Positions 41,874 to 51,482 of a stretch of 64,000 nt of DNA are shown piece by piece. This stretch comes from an uncultured Solirubrobacterales bacterium (GTDB lineage Bacteria; Actinomycetota; Thermoleophilia; Solirubrobacterales; Solirubrobacteraceae): contig CAVQZJ010000037.1 in the NCBI GenBank assembly GCA_963718425.1, forward strand, positions 331 to 64,330, read 5' to 3'. Position 1 is the first letter of the stretch, and the number at the start of each line of letters is the position of its first letter. A program made the translations under genes and the position numbers. The notes below the pieces were generated by a model. It searched no databases, had not been told where the DNA came from, and worked only from the letters and a program-made list of their open reading frames with translations.

Positions 41874-42252
41874 GCCGGATCCTCCAGCGATCGCGACGGC
41901 GGCGTCCGCCAGCCAGCCACTCGAGCGCTTGGACGGTCTGCTCAATGGGGCGCAGGAGGCGGCCCGCGGCATGCTCGAAGCGGAGGAGGCGCTGCGACTG
42001 CTGCGGGAGCGATTCGACAACAGCGAGGATCCGGCAGTTCGGGGAGAGCTTGCGACCGAGGCACTGGACCAGGTCGAACACCAGCTGGAGCTCACGCGCG
42101 AGCGCCGCCAGCAGCTCGACAGCATCGAAGGGCGGCTGTGGGCGAGACGGAATCAGATCGAGCGGTTCCTGATCGATGTGCGAGGGCGGGCCTGGTGGCG
42201 CGCACGGCGTGATCGCGCACGGGCACAAACGCTCGCCTCCGTTCGCAAATAG
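41860..42252 (+). CDS. Hypothetical coiled-coil protein
   Basis: E/L/R-rich helical ORF overlapping the usp stop. Confidence 0.6.
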   Translation: MSPREPDPPAIATAASASQPLERLDGLLNGAQEAARGMLEAEEALRLLRERFDNSEDPAVRGELATEALDQVEHQLELTRERRQQLDSIEGRLWARRNQIERFLIDVRGRAWWRARRDRARAQTLASVRK

Positions 42253-42297
42253 CGGTCCGATCGCGCGAACGCCCGCCGGCCGAGCGCTTCAACGCGA

Positions 42298-42316
42298 TAT
42301 ACCCCCATGGGGTTTA
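42298..42316. promoter_or_regulatory. CsoR-type operator upstream of csoR
   Basis: TATACCCCCATGGGGTTTA. Confidence 0.65.
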
Positions 42317-42331
42317 TGCTAAGCTGCCGTC

Positions 42332-42631
42332 ATGGGCACAGAACAGGCGACGCCGCTACGCGGCTACACGGCGAGCAAGGAGCAGCTGCAAAACCGGCTG
42401 CGGCGAATCGAGGGCCAGGTGCGCGGCATTCAGAAGATGGTGCAGGACGACCGCTACTGCATCGACGTGCTCACTCAGATCGCGGCTGTCCAAGCCGCCC
42501 TCGACAAGGTCGCGCTCGGGCTGCTCGACGGGCACGCCCGTACCTGCGTGATCGGCGGCGATAGCGAGCTGCAGGACGAGCGCACCACCGAGCTGATGGC
42601 TGCCGTCGGCAGACTTATGCGCCGCGGTTGA
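42332..42631 (+). CDS. csoR: CsoR/RcnR family metal-sensing repressor
   Basis: [26 protein letters not shown] (C-H-C fingerprint). Confidence 0.92.
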   Translation: MGTEQATPLRGYTASKEQLQNRLRRIEGQVRGIQKMVQDDRYCIDVLTQIAAVQAALDKVALGLLDGHARTCVIGGDSELQDERTTELMAAVGRLMRRG

Positions 42632-42757
42632 GGTCCCCTCACACCGCCATACAGGAAGGCATCTAGTGAGCGACGACTGCACACGACGGCCAACGGGCAG
42701 ATATCCGGTCCCCATTCGAGCCCGCCCGAGGTAGATCCTCAGCTTGGTTCAGGCTCA

Positions 42758-42804
42758 TAGTCAGTATGGACATGAGGGGCTGGCCCTCGTATCCACACTG
42801 ACTA
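42758..42804. repeat. 47-nt imperfect inverted repeat
   Basis: TAGTCAGTATGGACATGAGGG ... CCCTCGTATCCACACTGACTA. Confidence 0.7.
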
Positions 42805-42839
42805 GCGATGCGCCGAGGAGGCCGTTCGCGGGGGTGTGC

Positions 42840-42865
42840 GTCACGCTTTCTGGCGACCTGCGTCT
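42840..42865 (+). promoter_or_regulatory. ECF-type promoter GTCAC-N16-CGTCT (probably autoregulatory)
   Basis: Directly upstream of the ECF sigma gene. Confidence 0.5.
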
Positions 42866-42884
42866 ATAGAGGCATGACTAGATC

Positions 42885-43430
42885 GTGGTGGTGGCGGTGA
42901 GCCTGGATGGCGATGAGGTGATGGCCCTGTATGACCGCCACGCACGCGAGCTGACCGGGTTCTTCGCCCGGCGCACCGGCGATCCGCAGCTCGCGCTGGA
43001 TCTGCTCGCCGACACGTTCGTGGCGGCGCTGCAGGCACGCGGGAACTGCCGGGCCCGCGAGGACTCCGAGCGCGCCGGATGGCTGTATCGGATAGCCGCC
43101 AATCGACTCTCCGACCACTACCGTCAGGGCACGAGCGAACGGCGCGCCCTATCGCGGATCGCCCACCAGATGCGCCCCCTGAGCGGGGAGGAGTACGAGC
43201 GCATCGAGGTGCTGGCGGCCAGCGAGCACCTGCACGCTCACGTGAACACGGCGCTCTCTGAGCTGACGGCCGAGCAGGAGCTGGCGATCCGCCTGAGGGT
43301 CCTCGAGGAACGCTCCTACGCCGAGGTGGCGAGGGGCCTGGGAGTGAGCGAACAGGCGGCGCGTGCGCGTGTCAGCCGCGGTCTGCGCGCCCTGCGCAGG
43401 GCGATCGACCCGTCGCGGAGGCAGGCGTGA
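42885..43430 (+). CDS. ECF RNA polymerase sigma factor
   Basis: DLLADTF, WLYRIAAN, SYAEVARGLGVS...RVSRG. Confidence 0.9.
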   Translation: MVVAVSLDGDEVMALYDRHARELTGFFARRTGDPQLALDLLADTFVAALQARGNCRAREDSERAGWLYRIAANRLSDHYRQGTSERRALSRIAHQMRPLSGEEYERIEVLAASEHLHAHVNTALSELTAEQELAIRLRVLEERSYAEVARGLGVSEQAARARVSRGLRALRRAIDPSRRQA

Positions 43431-45040
43431 AGAACACCCCACAAGAGCACTTTGAGGACCTGCCGATCCTGGCGGAGCTGCGCGATCACCTGCGGGAGCT
43501 TCTCGCCGAGGCGCCCGCGCGGCCGGATGGCCGGACGCACAGATGGCTCCGCCGACGCTCACGGCCGCTGCTCTCGCTCGCGCTGCTGGCGCTGGCCGGG
43601 GGATCAGCGGCAGCGGCCGTCTCCCTCAGCGAAAGCCCCTCAAAGCCGCTGGTGGGCAGCGTCCCCGCCGATGGAGTCAAACCTTCCGCCCACAACGAGG
43701 CGGACCGCCGCTACCGCATCACCTTCGTGCCCCAGATCTCTGGGGGAGCGGCGGGCTGGACCACGTTCATCGACCTGCGGACGCCCGCAGCGTCCCCCGG
43801 TACTCCTGGAGGGGACGGCGGTGAAGCCGGATACCCGACATCGAACATGCCGCTGGTGGGCGGCTTCGGTGTGGGTTTTCAGAGCGGTCCGCTGAGCGGC
43901 GGAGAGGTCGTTGACTACGTGCTGAGCGGCCCGCGGGTCGCGGCGATCCGTCTCGGCGACATGAAGATCCGCACGAGCACCGCCGGGGCTCTCCCCGAAG
44001 GGGACCGTGTCGCCGTCTTCTTCCGCCCCGCGAACGCGCCACCGATCGCGATCCCGCCGCCGGGAGCACACCTTCCATACCACGAGCGTGTGCTCGTGCT
44101 CCCCGGGCGGCGACTGTCGAGGCACACACACTCTAAAGGCCCCCAACTCTCGATCGGCAGGCCGCGCACCAGGCTCGTGAGCACCACCGCTCTGCAGCCA
44201 CTCGATGGCCAAGGACACCTGATCCCGATCACCAGCCCGGCCCAGCGTCCGCTCGGTCCTTCGATGCGCGCCTGGCAGGTGCGGACGCCCGGCCAGAGCC
44301 ATCCCGGTGCCGCCGCCGACCATCCGCTGCCGGGTGCCTGCGAACTGGGGGAGCACGGCCTGGACGGTCTCACACCGCAGTGGGGCCATGTCCTCGCCGC
44401 GATCGCACCGATCGCCGACGCCGAAGGCGAGCTGTTCCTCTCCTGCGTGGACACCGAGTACTTCCTGCACGGGTGGGGTCTGGACGCCGCGATTCTCATA
44501 GACGCACGCCGGCCGGGCCAGGTGCTCGGCGCGATCCCGGGCGCGGTCGCGGTGGCCGGTCATCCCGATGTCGTGAACGTGGCGCTCTCCGACTCACCGC
44601 GCGGGGACCTCAGCGCGCGACGGATCGGCGACGCCTGGCTGGTCGTGCAGGGAGGACGCGACCTGGACCAGCGCCTGGAAGTGCTCGGGGCGCTGCGAAT
44701 CACAAAGCTCTCACTCGCTGCAGCGTCCGTATCGGCGACCGGAAAACTCGCCGCCCATGCGCGCGCTTGCCTGCAGGCCCATGATCTGAGCGTGCTCGCC
44801 AACAGCTCGCCGAGCGCGTACGAGGCATACGGGCTGAGCATCGCCGACAAGGACGGGCGGGGGGCGCTCATCGATATCTATGACAGCCCCAAGGAAGCGA
44901 AGCTACACCTGCACGCCGCCGTCGATAGCGCACGGGATGCCCACGTCAAGGTCGAACTCCACGGCTCCGAGACGATCACCTGGACTCCCAGTTCAAGCGA
45001 CACGCTCGCATCCCTGATCTACAGCTGCTTGTCTGGCTGA
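43427..45040 (+). CDS. Putative anti-sigma factor / single-pass membrane protein with large extracytoplasmic part
   Basis: GTGA overlap with sigma; short N-domain, RRR, hydrophobic LLSLALLALAGGSAAAA. Confidence 0.65.
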   Translation: MKNTPQEHFEDLPILAELRDHLRELLAEAPARPDGRTHRWLRRRSRPLLSLALLALAGGSAAAAVSLSESPSKPLVGSVPADGVKPSAHNEADRRYRITFVPQISGGAAGWTTFIDLRTPAASPGTPGGDGGEAGYPTSNMPLVGGFGVGFQSGPLSGGEVVDYVLSGPRVAAIRLGDMKIRTSTAGALPEGDRVAVFFRPANAPPIAIPPPGAHLPYHERVLVLPGRRLSRHTHSKGPQLSIGRPRTRLVSTTALQPLDGQGHLIPITSPAQRPLGPSMRAWQVRTPGQSHPGAAADHPLPGACELGEHGLDGLTPQWGHVLAAIAPIADAEGELFLSCVDTEYFLHGWGLDAAILIDARRPGQVLGAIPGAVAVAGHPDVVNVALSDSPRGDLSARRIGDAWLVVQGGRDLDQRLEVLGALRITKLSLAAASVSATGKLAAHARACLQAHDLSVLANSSPSAYEAYGLSIADKDGRGALIDIYDSPKEAKLHLHAAVDSARDAHVKVELHGSETITWTPSSSDTLASLIYSCLSG

Positions 45041-45132
45041 GCCGGCACGCGCCCATCCGGATCCGGATTGCGGGGTCAGCGATTGCTCGCGCACGAAAGG
45101 CGGGCTAGCATTGAGACCGCCAAAAAAGGGGG

Positions 45133-45648
45133 GTGGTCTGGGTGGATGGCATCGGCGGATGCGCGACTGGGGTTCTTGCCGCCACGGCGCTGCTGCTGGC
45201 TGGCGGTGCCTACGGCGCCACATCAGTAGCCGTCGAGCGCTACAGCGGCCGCACCTCCCAGCGCGAGCCGATCGAGTTTCGGCTGTCCTCTGACGGCGGG
45301 CGACTGCAGTCATATCGACTCTACGGTCAGTTCAGCTGCAACCAGCCGGGCTTTCACGGTCCCTACCCATGGTCGGTCCTGCCCGCCGACTATCGTGGCG
45401 GGCGCGAGCCGGCCGCCACGGTCACAGCCGGCGGATCGTTCTCAGTGAAACTGACGCTGCGCGGCGTGCTGAAACCCACCCATGCAGGAAAGGCGCAGAA
45501 GGTCAGCGGCGCCGCCTCTTTCACCGGCAGACTGCAACTGGGCGCACATGGCCACGGCACCCGGGCTAGAGGCACACTGAACAGCCTCGCGCAGGGCGCA
45601 CATGGGCTGCGCTGCTCGAGCGGCCCGGTCAGCTGGAGCGCTGCCTGA
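45133..45648 (+). CDS. Secreted hypothetical beta-rich protein
   Basis: Signal-like N-terminus; YSGRTSQ...CSSGPVSWSA. Confidence 0.55.
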   Translation: MVWVDGIGGCATGVLAATALLLAGGAYGATSVAVERYSGRTSQREPIEFRLSSDGGRLQSYRLYGQFSCNQPGFHGPYPWSVLPADYRGGREPAATVTAGGSFSVKLTLRGVLKPTHAGKAQKVSGAASFTGRLQLGAHGHGTRARGTLNSLAQGAHGLRCSSGPVSWSAA

Positions 45649-47554
45649 GTACCTCGCTCTCAGCTGCCGTCGCCTGGCGAGCGTGGGCGGCGGTTCGGGC
45701 CGAGCGCACAGCCCTGCTGAGCGTGTCAACGTCATATACGCCGTTGTGGCGACGTCCGTTGATGAAGAAGGACGGCGTGCCGGAGACGCCGCTCGAGTCG
45801 GCGCTGGCCACGTCTTCACTGACGCGTGCCGCATAGATGCGTCGGCGCAGCTCCTCGGTGAAACGCTCGAGGTCGAGTCCGAGCTGCTGCGCGTAACCCC
45901 GCAAATGGCTTGGCGTGAGCTCGCCTTGGTGAGCGAGCAAGAGGTCATACATCTCCCAGAACGCCCCCTGGGCGCCGGCTGCCTCAGCCGCCTCCGAGGC
46001 GAGCTGGGCCCAGGGATGCACATCGCTGAGCGGTAGGTGGCGAAAGACGTAGCGCAGCTCGTCACCCCAGTCGGCGAGCAGCTCGCGGATCGCCGGCTCG
46101 GCCTGCCCGCAGTAGGGGCACTCGAAGTCGCCGTACTCGACGAGCGTCACCGGAGCATCGGGAGCGCCGCGGATGTGGTCGCGCTCGGGGTTGACGTCCT
46201 CGGCGAGGTCTATCAGCTGCTCGGCGGTGCGTCCGAACTGGCGGGCGCGAACGTCGGTGGGCAGCCGGGCGATGAGCTTGAAGATGATCCACGCCACCAG
46301 CGGCGAGACGACCGCGGCGGCGAGGACGCCGAGCGTGGCTTGAGCCAGCAGCTCGCCATGGAAGGCGCGACCCGCGATCAGCAGCGAAACCGTGAAGCCG
46401 ATGCCCGCGATCGCCCCCGTGCCAGCAAGACCGGGCCAGGTGAGGGCGAGTCGGGCGCCACCGAGCGCGCGACGGGTGCCGAGCCAGGAAGCTGTCAGGA
46501 TGCCGAGCGGCTTGCCGAGCACATACGCGAGCACGATCCCGATCGTCACAGGCGAGCTGACCGCGTCTGAGAGTACACGCGAGTTGACGTGGATGCCGGC
46601 GTTGGCCAGCGCGAACAGCGGCACGACAAAGAAGCTCGTCCAGGGGTGCAGGCGGTACTGCAGTCGCTCGTTGGGCGAGATCGTCGCGGTCAGGCCACGC
46701 TGGGCTATATACGCGAGCTCGGGCGTGGGCTGCTCGCGAAAGGATCGGGTCAACTCGGTGGCGCGCTCGAGATCCTCGCGCGCGGGCGGGTAGGCGCTCG
46801 TCGCCAAGCCGATCGCAAGGCCCGCGACGACAGGGTCGATGCCCGACTCGAACATCGCCAGCCACACCCCGATCCCGACGAGCACCGCCGCGGACTCGCG
46901 CCAGCGCGGAGCGAAGCGCAGCAGCACGAGCGCCGCGAACAGAGCGAGAGCGATCGCCAGCGCGAGCAGCGAGATGTGGGTGCTGTAGGCGAGGGCAATC
47001 ACGACCAAGGCGAGCAGGTCATCGACGACAGCTAGCGTCAACAGGAACACGCGCAGGCGCGTGGGCCCACTCGGCGCCACGAGCGCGAGCGCGCCCAGGG
47101 ACAGTGCCGTGTCGGTTGACATCGCCGTGCCCCATCCGCCGGAGCCGGAGCCACCAGCGTTGATCGCCAGATAGATGCCCACGCACAGCGCCATGCCGCC
47201 GAGGGCCGCGAGGACGGGGATCGCCAGGCGATTGCGCACACGCAACTCGCCGAGGTCGAGCTCGCGCTTGGCCTCGAGGCCCACGACGAGAAAGAACAGC
47301 GCCATCAGGCCTTCGTTGACCCACTGGCGCAGGCTGCCGGTCAGCACGTGATGGCCGATGTGCAGCGCGAGCGTGGTGCGCCAGAACGATTCGTAGGAGT
47401 GCGGCCAGGGCGAGTTGGCCCATACGAGCGCCATGACAGCTGCCGCGACGAGCACGACCGCCCCGCCGGTCTCGGTGCTCAGGAAGTCGCGTACCGGCGC
47501 GGCGAGGTTCCGCGACCAGGCGGTGCGTGCCGGAGCGGCGAGCTCTGATGCCAT
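45629..47554 (-). CDS. nhaA: Na+/H+ antiporter NhaA with C-terminal DsbA-like thioredoxin domain
   Basis: LMALFFLVVGLEAKRE, LAVVDD, PLFALANAG, GIGFTVSL; DFECPYC, GTPSFFING. Confidence 0.92.
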   Translation of the reverse strand: MASELAAPARTAWSRNLAAPVRDFLSTETGGAVVLVAAAVMALVWANSPWPHSYESFWRTTLALHIGHHVLTGSLRQWVNEGLMALFFLVVGLEAKRELDLGELRVRNRLAIPVLAALGGMALCVGIYLAINAGGSGSGGWGTAMSTDTALSLGALALVAPSGPTRLRVFLLTLAVVDDLLALVVIALAYSTHISLLALAIALALFAALVLLRFAPRWRESAAVLVGIGVWLAMFESGIDPVVAGLAIGLATSAYPPAREDLERATELTRSFREQPTPELAYIAQRGLTATISPNERLQYRLHPWTSFFVVPLFALANAGIHVNSRVLSDAVSSPVTIGIVLAYVLGKPLGILTASWLGTRRALGGARLALTWPGLAGTGAIAGIGFTVSLLIAGRAFHGELLAQATLGVLAAAVVSPLVAWIIFKLIARLPTDVRARQFGRTAEQLIDLAEDVNPERDHIRGAPDAPVTLVEYGDFECPYCGQAEPAIRELLADWGDELRYVFRHLPLSDVHPWAQLASEAAEAAGAQGAFWEMYDLLLAHQGELTPSHLRGYAQQLGLDLERFTEELRRRIYAARVSEDVASADSSGVSGTPSFFINGRRHNGVYDVDTLSRAVRSARTAAHARQATAAESEVLRQRSS

Positions 47555-47680
47555 CAGCGCAGTATCGCGGTGATCGCGCCCTTCACGACGCCACGGAACC
47601 CAAAACCGCGGGCTCGACGATCCCGGCTAGGAGCCGCCGGACTGGGAGCGTGGAGCGGCTGTCCTGGTTTTGGGTCCTCG

Positions 47681-48247
47681 CTAGGCGCCCGAGCCAATCA
47701 GCTCGACCAATCGCACATGCTGATCGCTGTTCGTGCCGAGCAGCTCGTCGATCCAGCGCAGCACAGTCGGCCACTGGACCGCTGTGCCCCAGCCGAGGAT
47801 CTCTTCGATGTTGACCCAGTCCTTGGGCCGATCGAAGACCGCCTTGCACACGATCAGGTGCTCAGGGCTGAGGATCGGTATGCGCACGGGACCGAAGGCG
47901 ACCTCGCGAGCGCTCGCGGCCATCTCGTGATGCAGAGCAAGGGTGGCGAAGAAAACGTCCAGGTAGGAGCCATCCCAGTTCAGGCGAGCTTGGCCGTCGC
48001 GCTCGATCGCGACTCGATCCTCCGAGGAAACGCTCACGCCCAGATGCGACAGCGCCCCGAGGACGGGCTCGGCCTCGTGCGGTGAGAGCGTCACGTTCAG
48101 GTCGATGTCGGTGGTCGCGCGCGGGCTGCGATACCAAGCCAGCGCTATCGCGCCGCCGAACTGGTGCGGCACACGCAGCGATTCGAGCATCTCATGGGCG
48201 GCGACGATCCGCGAGCTGAGGCCATCCAATCTCTGGGTGGCGCTCAT
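47681..48247 (-). CDS. Nucleotidyltransferase (Pol-beta superfamily, AbiEii/DUF6036-like), putative toxin
   Basis: GGAIAL...PRATTDIDL; LIVCKAVFDRPKDW. Confidence 0.8.
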   Translation of the reverse strand: MSATQRLDGLSSRIVAAHEMLESLRVPHQFGGAIALAWYRSPRATTDIDLNVTLSPHEAEPVLGALSHLGVSVSSEDRVAIERDGQARLNWDGSYLDVFFATLALHHEMAASAREVAFGPVRIPILSPEHLIVCKAVFDRPKDWVNIEEILGWGTAVQWPTVLRWIDELLGTNSDQHVRLVELIGSGA

Positions 48248-48705
48248 CGAGCGTTTGTTGGCTCGGTGTCAGTTCGTCGCTCAACGATACGAGCCAGCGA
48301 GGGGAACGCGAGCGCCTCGAATGGCCGTGGTGGCTGGCCGGCCTTGATCGTGTCCGCGAAGCCCAGCAGCTCGATCAGCGCCGCTCCCGGGTCGGTGTCT
48401 GTGCCTGCCGGCTGTGCTCGCCCGAGTGCGCTGGCCATCCTCCTGGAACCGATTAGAAAGCGTGCCCGCGCGCGATCGGCGCCCGAGCTTGCCATCTGTA
48501 CCTGCGCACCGGCCCGTCGCCCTGAGCGAAGCACGGCCTCGACGTTGAATGGCCGCTGCGCGCGCCGCACGGCAGCCTCCATGACGTCATCGGTCAACAC
48601 CTGAAAGCCGGCGAGCGTGCGCGAGCGAGGCCCCTTCGCGGTATTGAATGACTCACGAATCTCAAATCGCCCACCGCGGCGCGCGACTACATAGGCCATA
48701 CCCAC
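48244..48705 (-). CDS. Hypothetical protein, putative antitoxin partner of the NTase
   Basis: ATGA overlap with the NTase; no recognisable HTH. Confidence 0.65.
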   Translation of the reverse strand: MGMAYVVARRGGRFEIRESFNTAKGPRSRTLAGFQVLTDDVMEAAVRRAQRPFNVEAVLRSGRRAGAQVQMASSGADRARARFLIGSRRMASALGRAQPAGTDTDPGAALIELLGFADTIKAGQPPRPFEALAFPSLARIVERRTDTEPTNAR

Positions 48706-48730
48706 TAATTTACCACTAACGACCCACTAG
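48702..48730. promoter_or_regulatory. Three CCACTA direct repeats at 11-bp period
   Basis: 48702, 48713, 48724, at the start of the NTase operon. Confidence 0.55.
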
Positions 48731-48863
48731 GTCGAGCGTGCGAGGCAGTGGCGGCCGAGGTGCAACTGATTGCACTAGCATTGTCCGCTCGATGCTCGCC
48801 CTCGAACAGGCCACAGCGGCGGCCAGGCTTCGCCGGCACGCACCACGCGCCGGCGGGCGGAGG

Positions 48864-50474
48864 ATGGCCCTCGCGGTGCTCCTGACGGCGCTGGGACTCC
48901 TCGCGCCGGCGAGCGCTCTCGCGTCATCCACCGGGCGGATCTCCGGCACTGTGACCGAATATGCCCCGCCGCACAACCCGATCGAAGGGATCGAAGTCTG
49001 CGCCGACGAAGCGGGCAGCGAATTCGGTGAATTCCCAGGCGAACGGTGCTCGACGACCACCAAACAAGGCGAATACACAATCAGCGGCCTTCCGAGCGGC
49101 TCATACAAGGTGGAATTCTTGGCGCCACCCGAAGGGGGTCTCAACTACATCACCCAGTACTACAACGGCGCGTCCTCTCTGGAAACCGGGATGGCCGTGG
49201 CGGTCAGCTCCGGTGCCACCACCACGGGGATAAACGCGGAAATGAAGGTCGGCGGAAAGATCTCGGGCACGGTCACCGACGCGTCCACGCACAGCGCGCT
49301 CGAGGGCATCTTCGTCTGTGCCATCGCCTCGAGTAGGGAATTCGGAGACTGTGTGATGACGGGCGCCGGCGGCGAATACACGATCTCCGGTCTGGCTGGC
49401 GGCAACTACAAGGTTGCGTTCGGCCCCGGCGGGAGCACCCCTGGCTACGTCGTCCAGTACTACAGCGGCGCGTCCTCTCTGGAAACCGCGACCGCGGTGC
49501 CGGTCACCGTCGAACAGACGGCTGCAGGAATCAACGCCCAAATGCAGGTGGGCGCGAAGATCTCGGGCACGGTCACCAACGCGGCTACCGGCTCCGCGCT
49601 CAAAGGAGTCTTGGTCTGCGCCCTGGTGTCGAGCAGCGAACCGGCCGGATGCGAACTGACCAACTCGAGCGGCCAATACACCATCGAAGGCCTGGCAAGC
49701 GGCCAATACAAGGTCGGCTTCAGCGACGGAAGGAATTTCCAGGTCCAGTACTACAACAACAAGACCTCATACCCCGAAGCTCAACTGGTGTCGGTGCTCG
49801 CCCCGAACGCGATCACCTCCATCAACGCCGCGCTGCTGCCCACCGGCACTGCTGTTCCCGCCAACTCGGCCGTACCGCAGATAACGGGCACCGCCGCGAT
49901 CGGAAGCACGCTGACCTGCTCGAACGGGGTTTGGAAAGGCAATCCCACGACCTACGCCTACGCCTGGTTGCATGACGGAGTGCCGGTACCGAACGCCATC
50001 GGTAGCACCTACCAGGTGCAGAGCACAGACGAAGGACACAGCCTCTCCTGCCAGGTCACCGCGAAGAACGTACTCGGGGAAAAGAGCGCAACCAGCGCGA
50101 GCCTTGCCATCCCAGTGCATACGCCCCCGACCCCGGTCGTGAGCCTCAGACAGTCAAAGCTGCTGCTCTCAGGCAAGACGGTGCAGGTGCACCTGCGGTG
50201 TGAACAGGCGACCTGCAGCGGCACGGTCAAGCTGACGTTGCGGATCACCAGCCGCCGTCACCGTGCCAAAAGGACGATCACCACCACCACGACGCTGGTG
50301 CTGGGAAAGGAATCCTTCTCGCTGGCCGCCGGGAAGAACGGCGTCGTAAAGCTGCGCGTGAGCGCCGCCGGACGCAAGCGTCTGAAGCACGCCAGGCACC
50401 ATCCGCTCACCGCCGAGCTGACCGTCTCCCTGCAGGGGGGAAAGACGGTCAACCGCTCGCTGCTCATTCGCTGA
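48864..50474 (+). CDS. Secreted protein with three carboxypeptidase-regulatory-like repeats, an Ig-like domain and a basic beta C-domain
   Basis: 3x ISGTVT...GxYTIxGL..GxYKVxF...QYY; GSTLTCSNGVW...YAW. Confidence 0.85.
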   Translation: MALAVLLTALGLLAPASALASSTGRISGTVTEYAPPHNPIEGIEVCADEAGSEFGEFPGERCSTTTKQGEYTISGLPSGSYKVEFLAPPEGGLNYITQYYNGASSLETGMAVAVSSGATTTGINAEMKVGGKISGTVTDASTHSALEGIFVCAIASSREFGDCVMTGAGGEYTISGLAGGNYKVAFGPGGSTPGYVVQYYSGASSLETATAVPVTVEQTAAGINAQMQVGAKISGTVTNAATGSALKGVLVCALVSSSEPAGCELTNSSGQYTIEGLASGQYKVGFSDGRNFQVQYYNNKTSYPEAQLVSVLAPNAITSINAALLPTGTAVPANSAVPQITGTAAIGSTLTCSNGVWKGNPTTYAYAWLHDGVPVPNAIGSTYQVQSTDEGHSLSCQVTAKNVLGEKSATSASLAIPVHTPPTPVVSLRQSKLLLSGKTVQVHLRCEQATCSGTVKLTLRITSRRHRAKRTITTTTTLVLGKESFSLAAGKNGVVKLRVSAAGRKRLKHARHHPLTAELTVSLQGGKTVNRSLLIR

Positions 50475-50524
50475 GCAAGGCACGCGGTGAGCCGCTCACC
50501 GTTCATACGGCGCACCGGTGAGCG

Positions 50525-51052
50525 TCAGTCTGCGGATCTCCACTTGATTGAGCAGCCGACCGGCGTGGTTTCGGGCAAGTCGGGCGACTCGCCGGCCAGC
50601 AGCGCGTCGAGCGCCGCACGCACCCATGCGGCGTCGAGGCTCGGATCGTCGTGATCGGCGTCGGGCGCGCCGCGGTAGCGAAGCGTCAGATCCGCGTCGA
50701 GCACGAACACGTCGGGGGTCGTCCGTGCGTTGTAGTCGCGGGCTACCCGCTGGGAATCGTCGCGCAGATAGGGCACACCGTCGAACTCGCCGCGCCGCAC
50801 GCGCGCGAGCATCTCCTGCGGCGCGTCGCGCGGATAGCGCTCCGCGTCGTTGGGGTTGATAGCGAGCACCCGCACTCCGCGGTCGGTGTAGTCGCGTGCG
50901 AGCGCGATCGTGCGCTCGTGCCAGGCAAGCGCGTAAGGGCAGTGATTGCAAGTGAACACCACGACGGTCGCGGGCGCGTCGCCGGGTCTGTGCACCTCGC
51001 CGGCGGTGTCCGGTAGCGCGAAGGTAGGGGCCTGCTCGCCGATTGCCGTCAT
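50525..51052 (-). CDS. Thioredoxin family protein (AhpC/TSA-like)
   Basis: FTCNHCPY, TPDVFV, GCSIKW. Confidence 0.9.
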   Translation of the reverse strand: MTAIGEQAPTFALPDTAGEVHRPGDAPATVVVFTCNHCPYALAWHERTIALARDYTDRGVRVLAINPNDAERYPRDAPQEMLARVRRGEFDGVPYLRDDSQRVARDYNARTTPDVFVLDADLTLRYRGAPDADHDDPSLDAAWVRAALDALLAGESPDLPETTPVGCSIKWRSAD

Positions 51053-51385
51053 CTAGTCTCCTGTCGTCGTCGCGGTTTGGGCGGCGCGGAGCGCGTCGCG
51101 GACATCCAGCGGGTCGGGCGTCGGCGATACACGGCCGTCGCGGCGATAGTAGATGCGACACGTCAGCCGGTAGGGCTCATCGCGCGGCGGCCGCACATCC
51201 ACGCCGTCGATCCGAATCGTGGGGGAGCCCACGAAACGCTCTCGCTCGGCCTCGGCGTCCGTGTGGATCTCGCGGATCGCGACGGTGTCCGGGTCAAGGC
51301 CCACATCGGTCATCGCCTCGCGCAGATCGGCGAGCGCCTTGGGGTGGGAAGGGCATCCCTGCCAGAACAACAGCTCCACTTGCAC
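51053..51385 (-). CDS. Small thioredoxin-like protein (DUF2703/MerB-associated type)
   Basis: GCPSH...FVGSPTIRIDG...CRIY. Confidence 0.75.
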   Translation of the reverse strand: MQVELLFWQGCPSHPKALADLREAMTDVGLDPDTVAIREIHTDAEAERERFVGSPTIRIDGVDVRPPRDEPYRLTCRIYYRRDGRVSPTPDPLDVRDALRAAQTATTTGD

Positions 51386-51482
51386 TGAGGTGAGGTTAGG
51401 ACACGGCGGCGACCGCAGCCGCTCCGACGTGGATGTCTGAAATCCGCCGGCGTACCGCGTGCGCTCGTGCCAGGATGGGCTC

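Noticed and set aside
45629..47554. NhaA-DsbA, hydrolase-cyclase and Ada-AlkA fusions as novelties
   Set aside because: These architectures are already well known in Actinomycetota.
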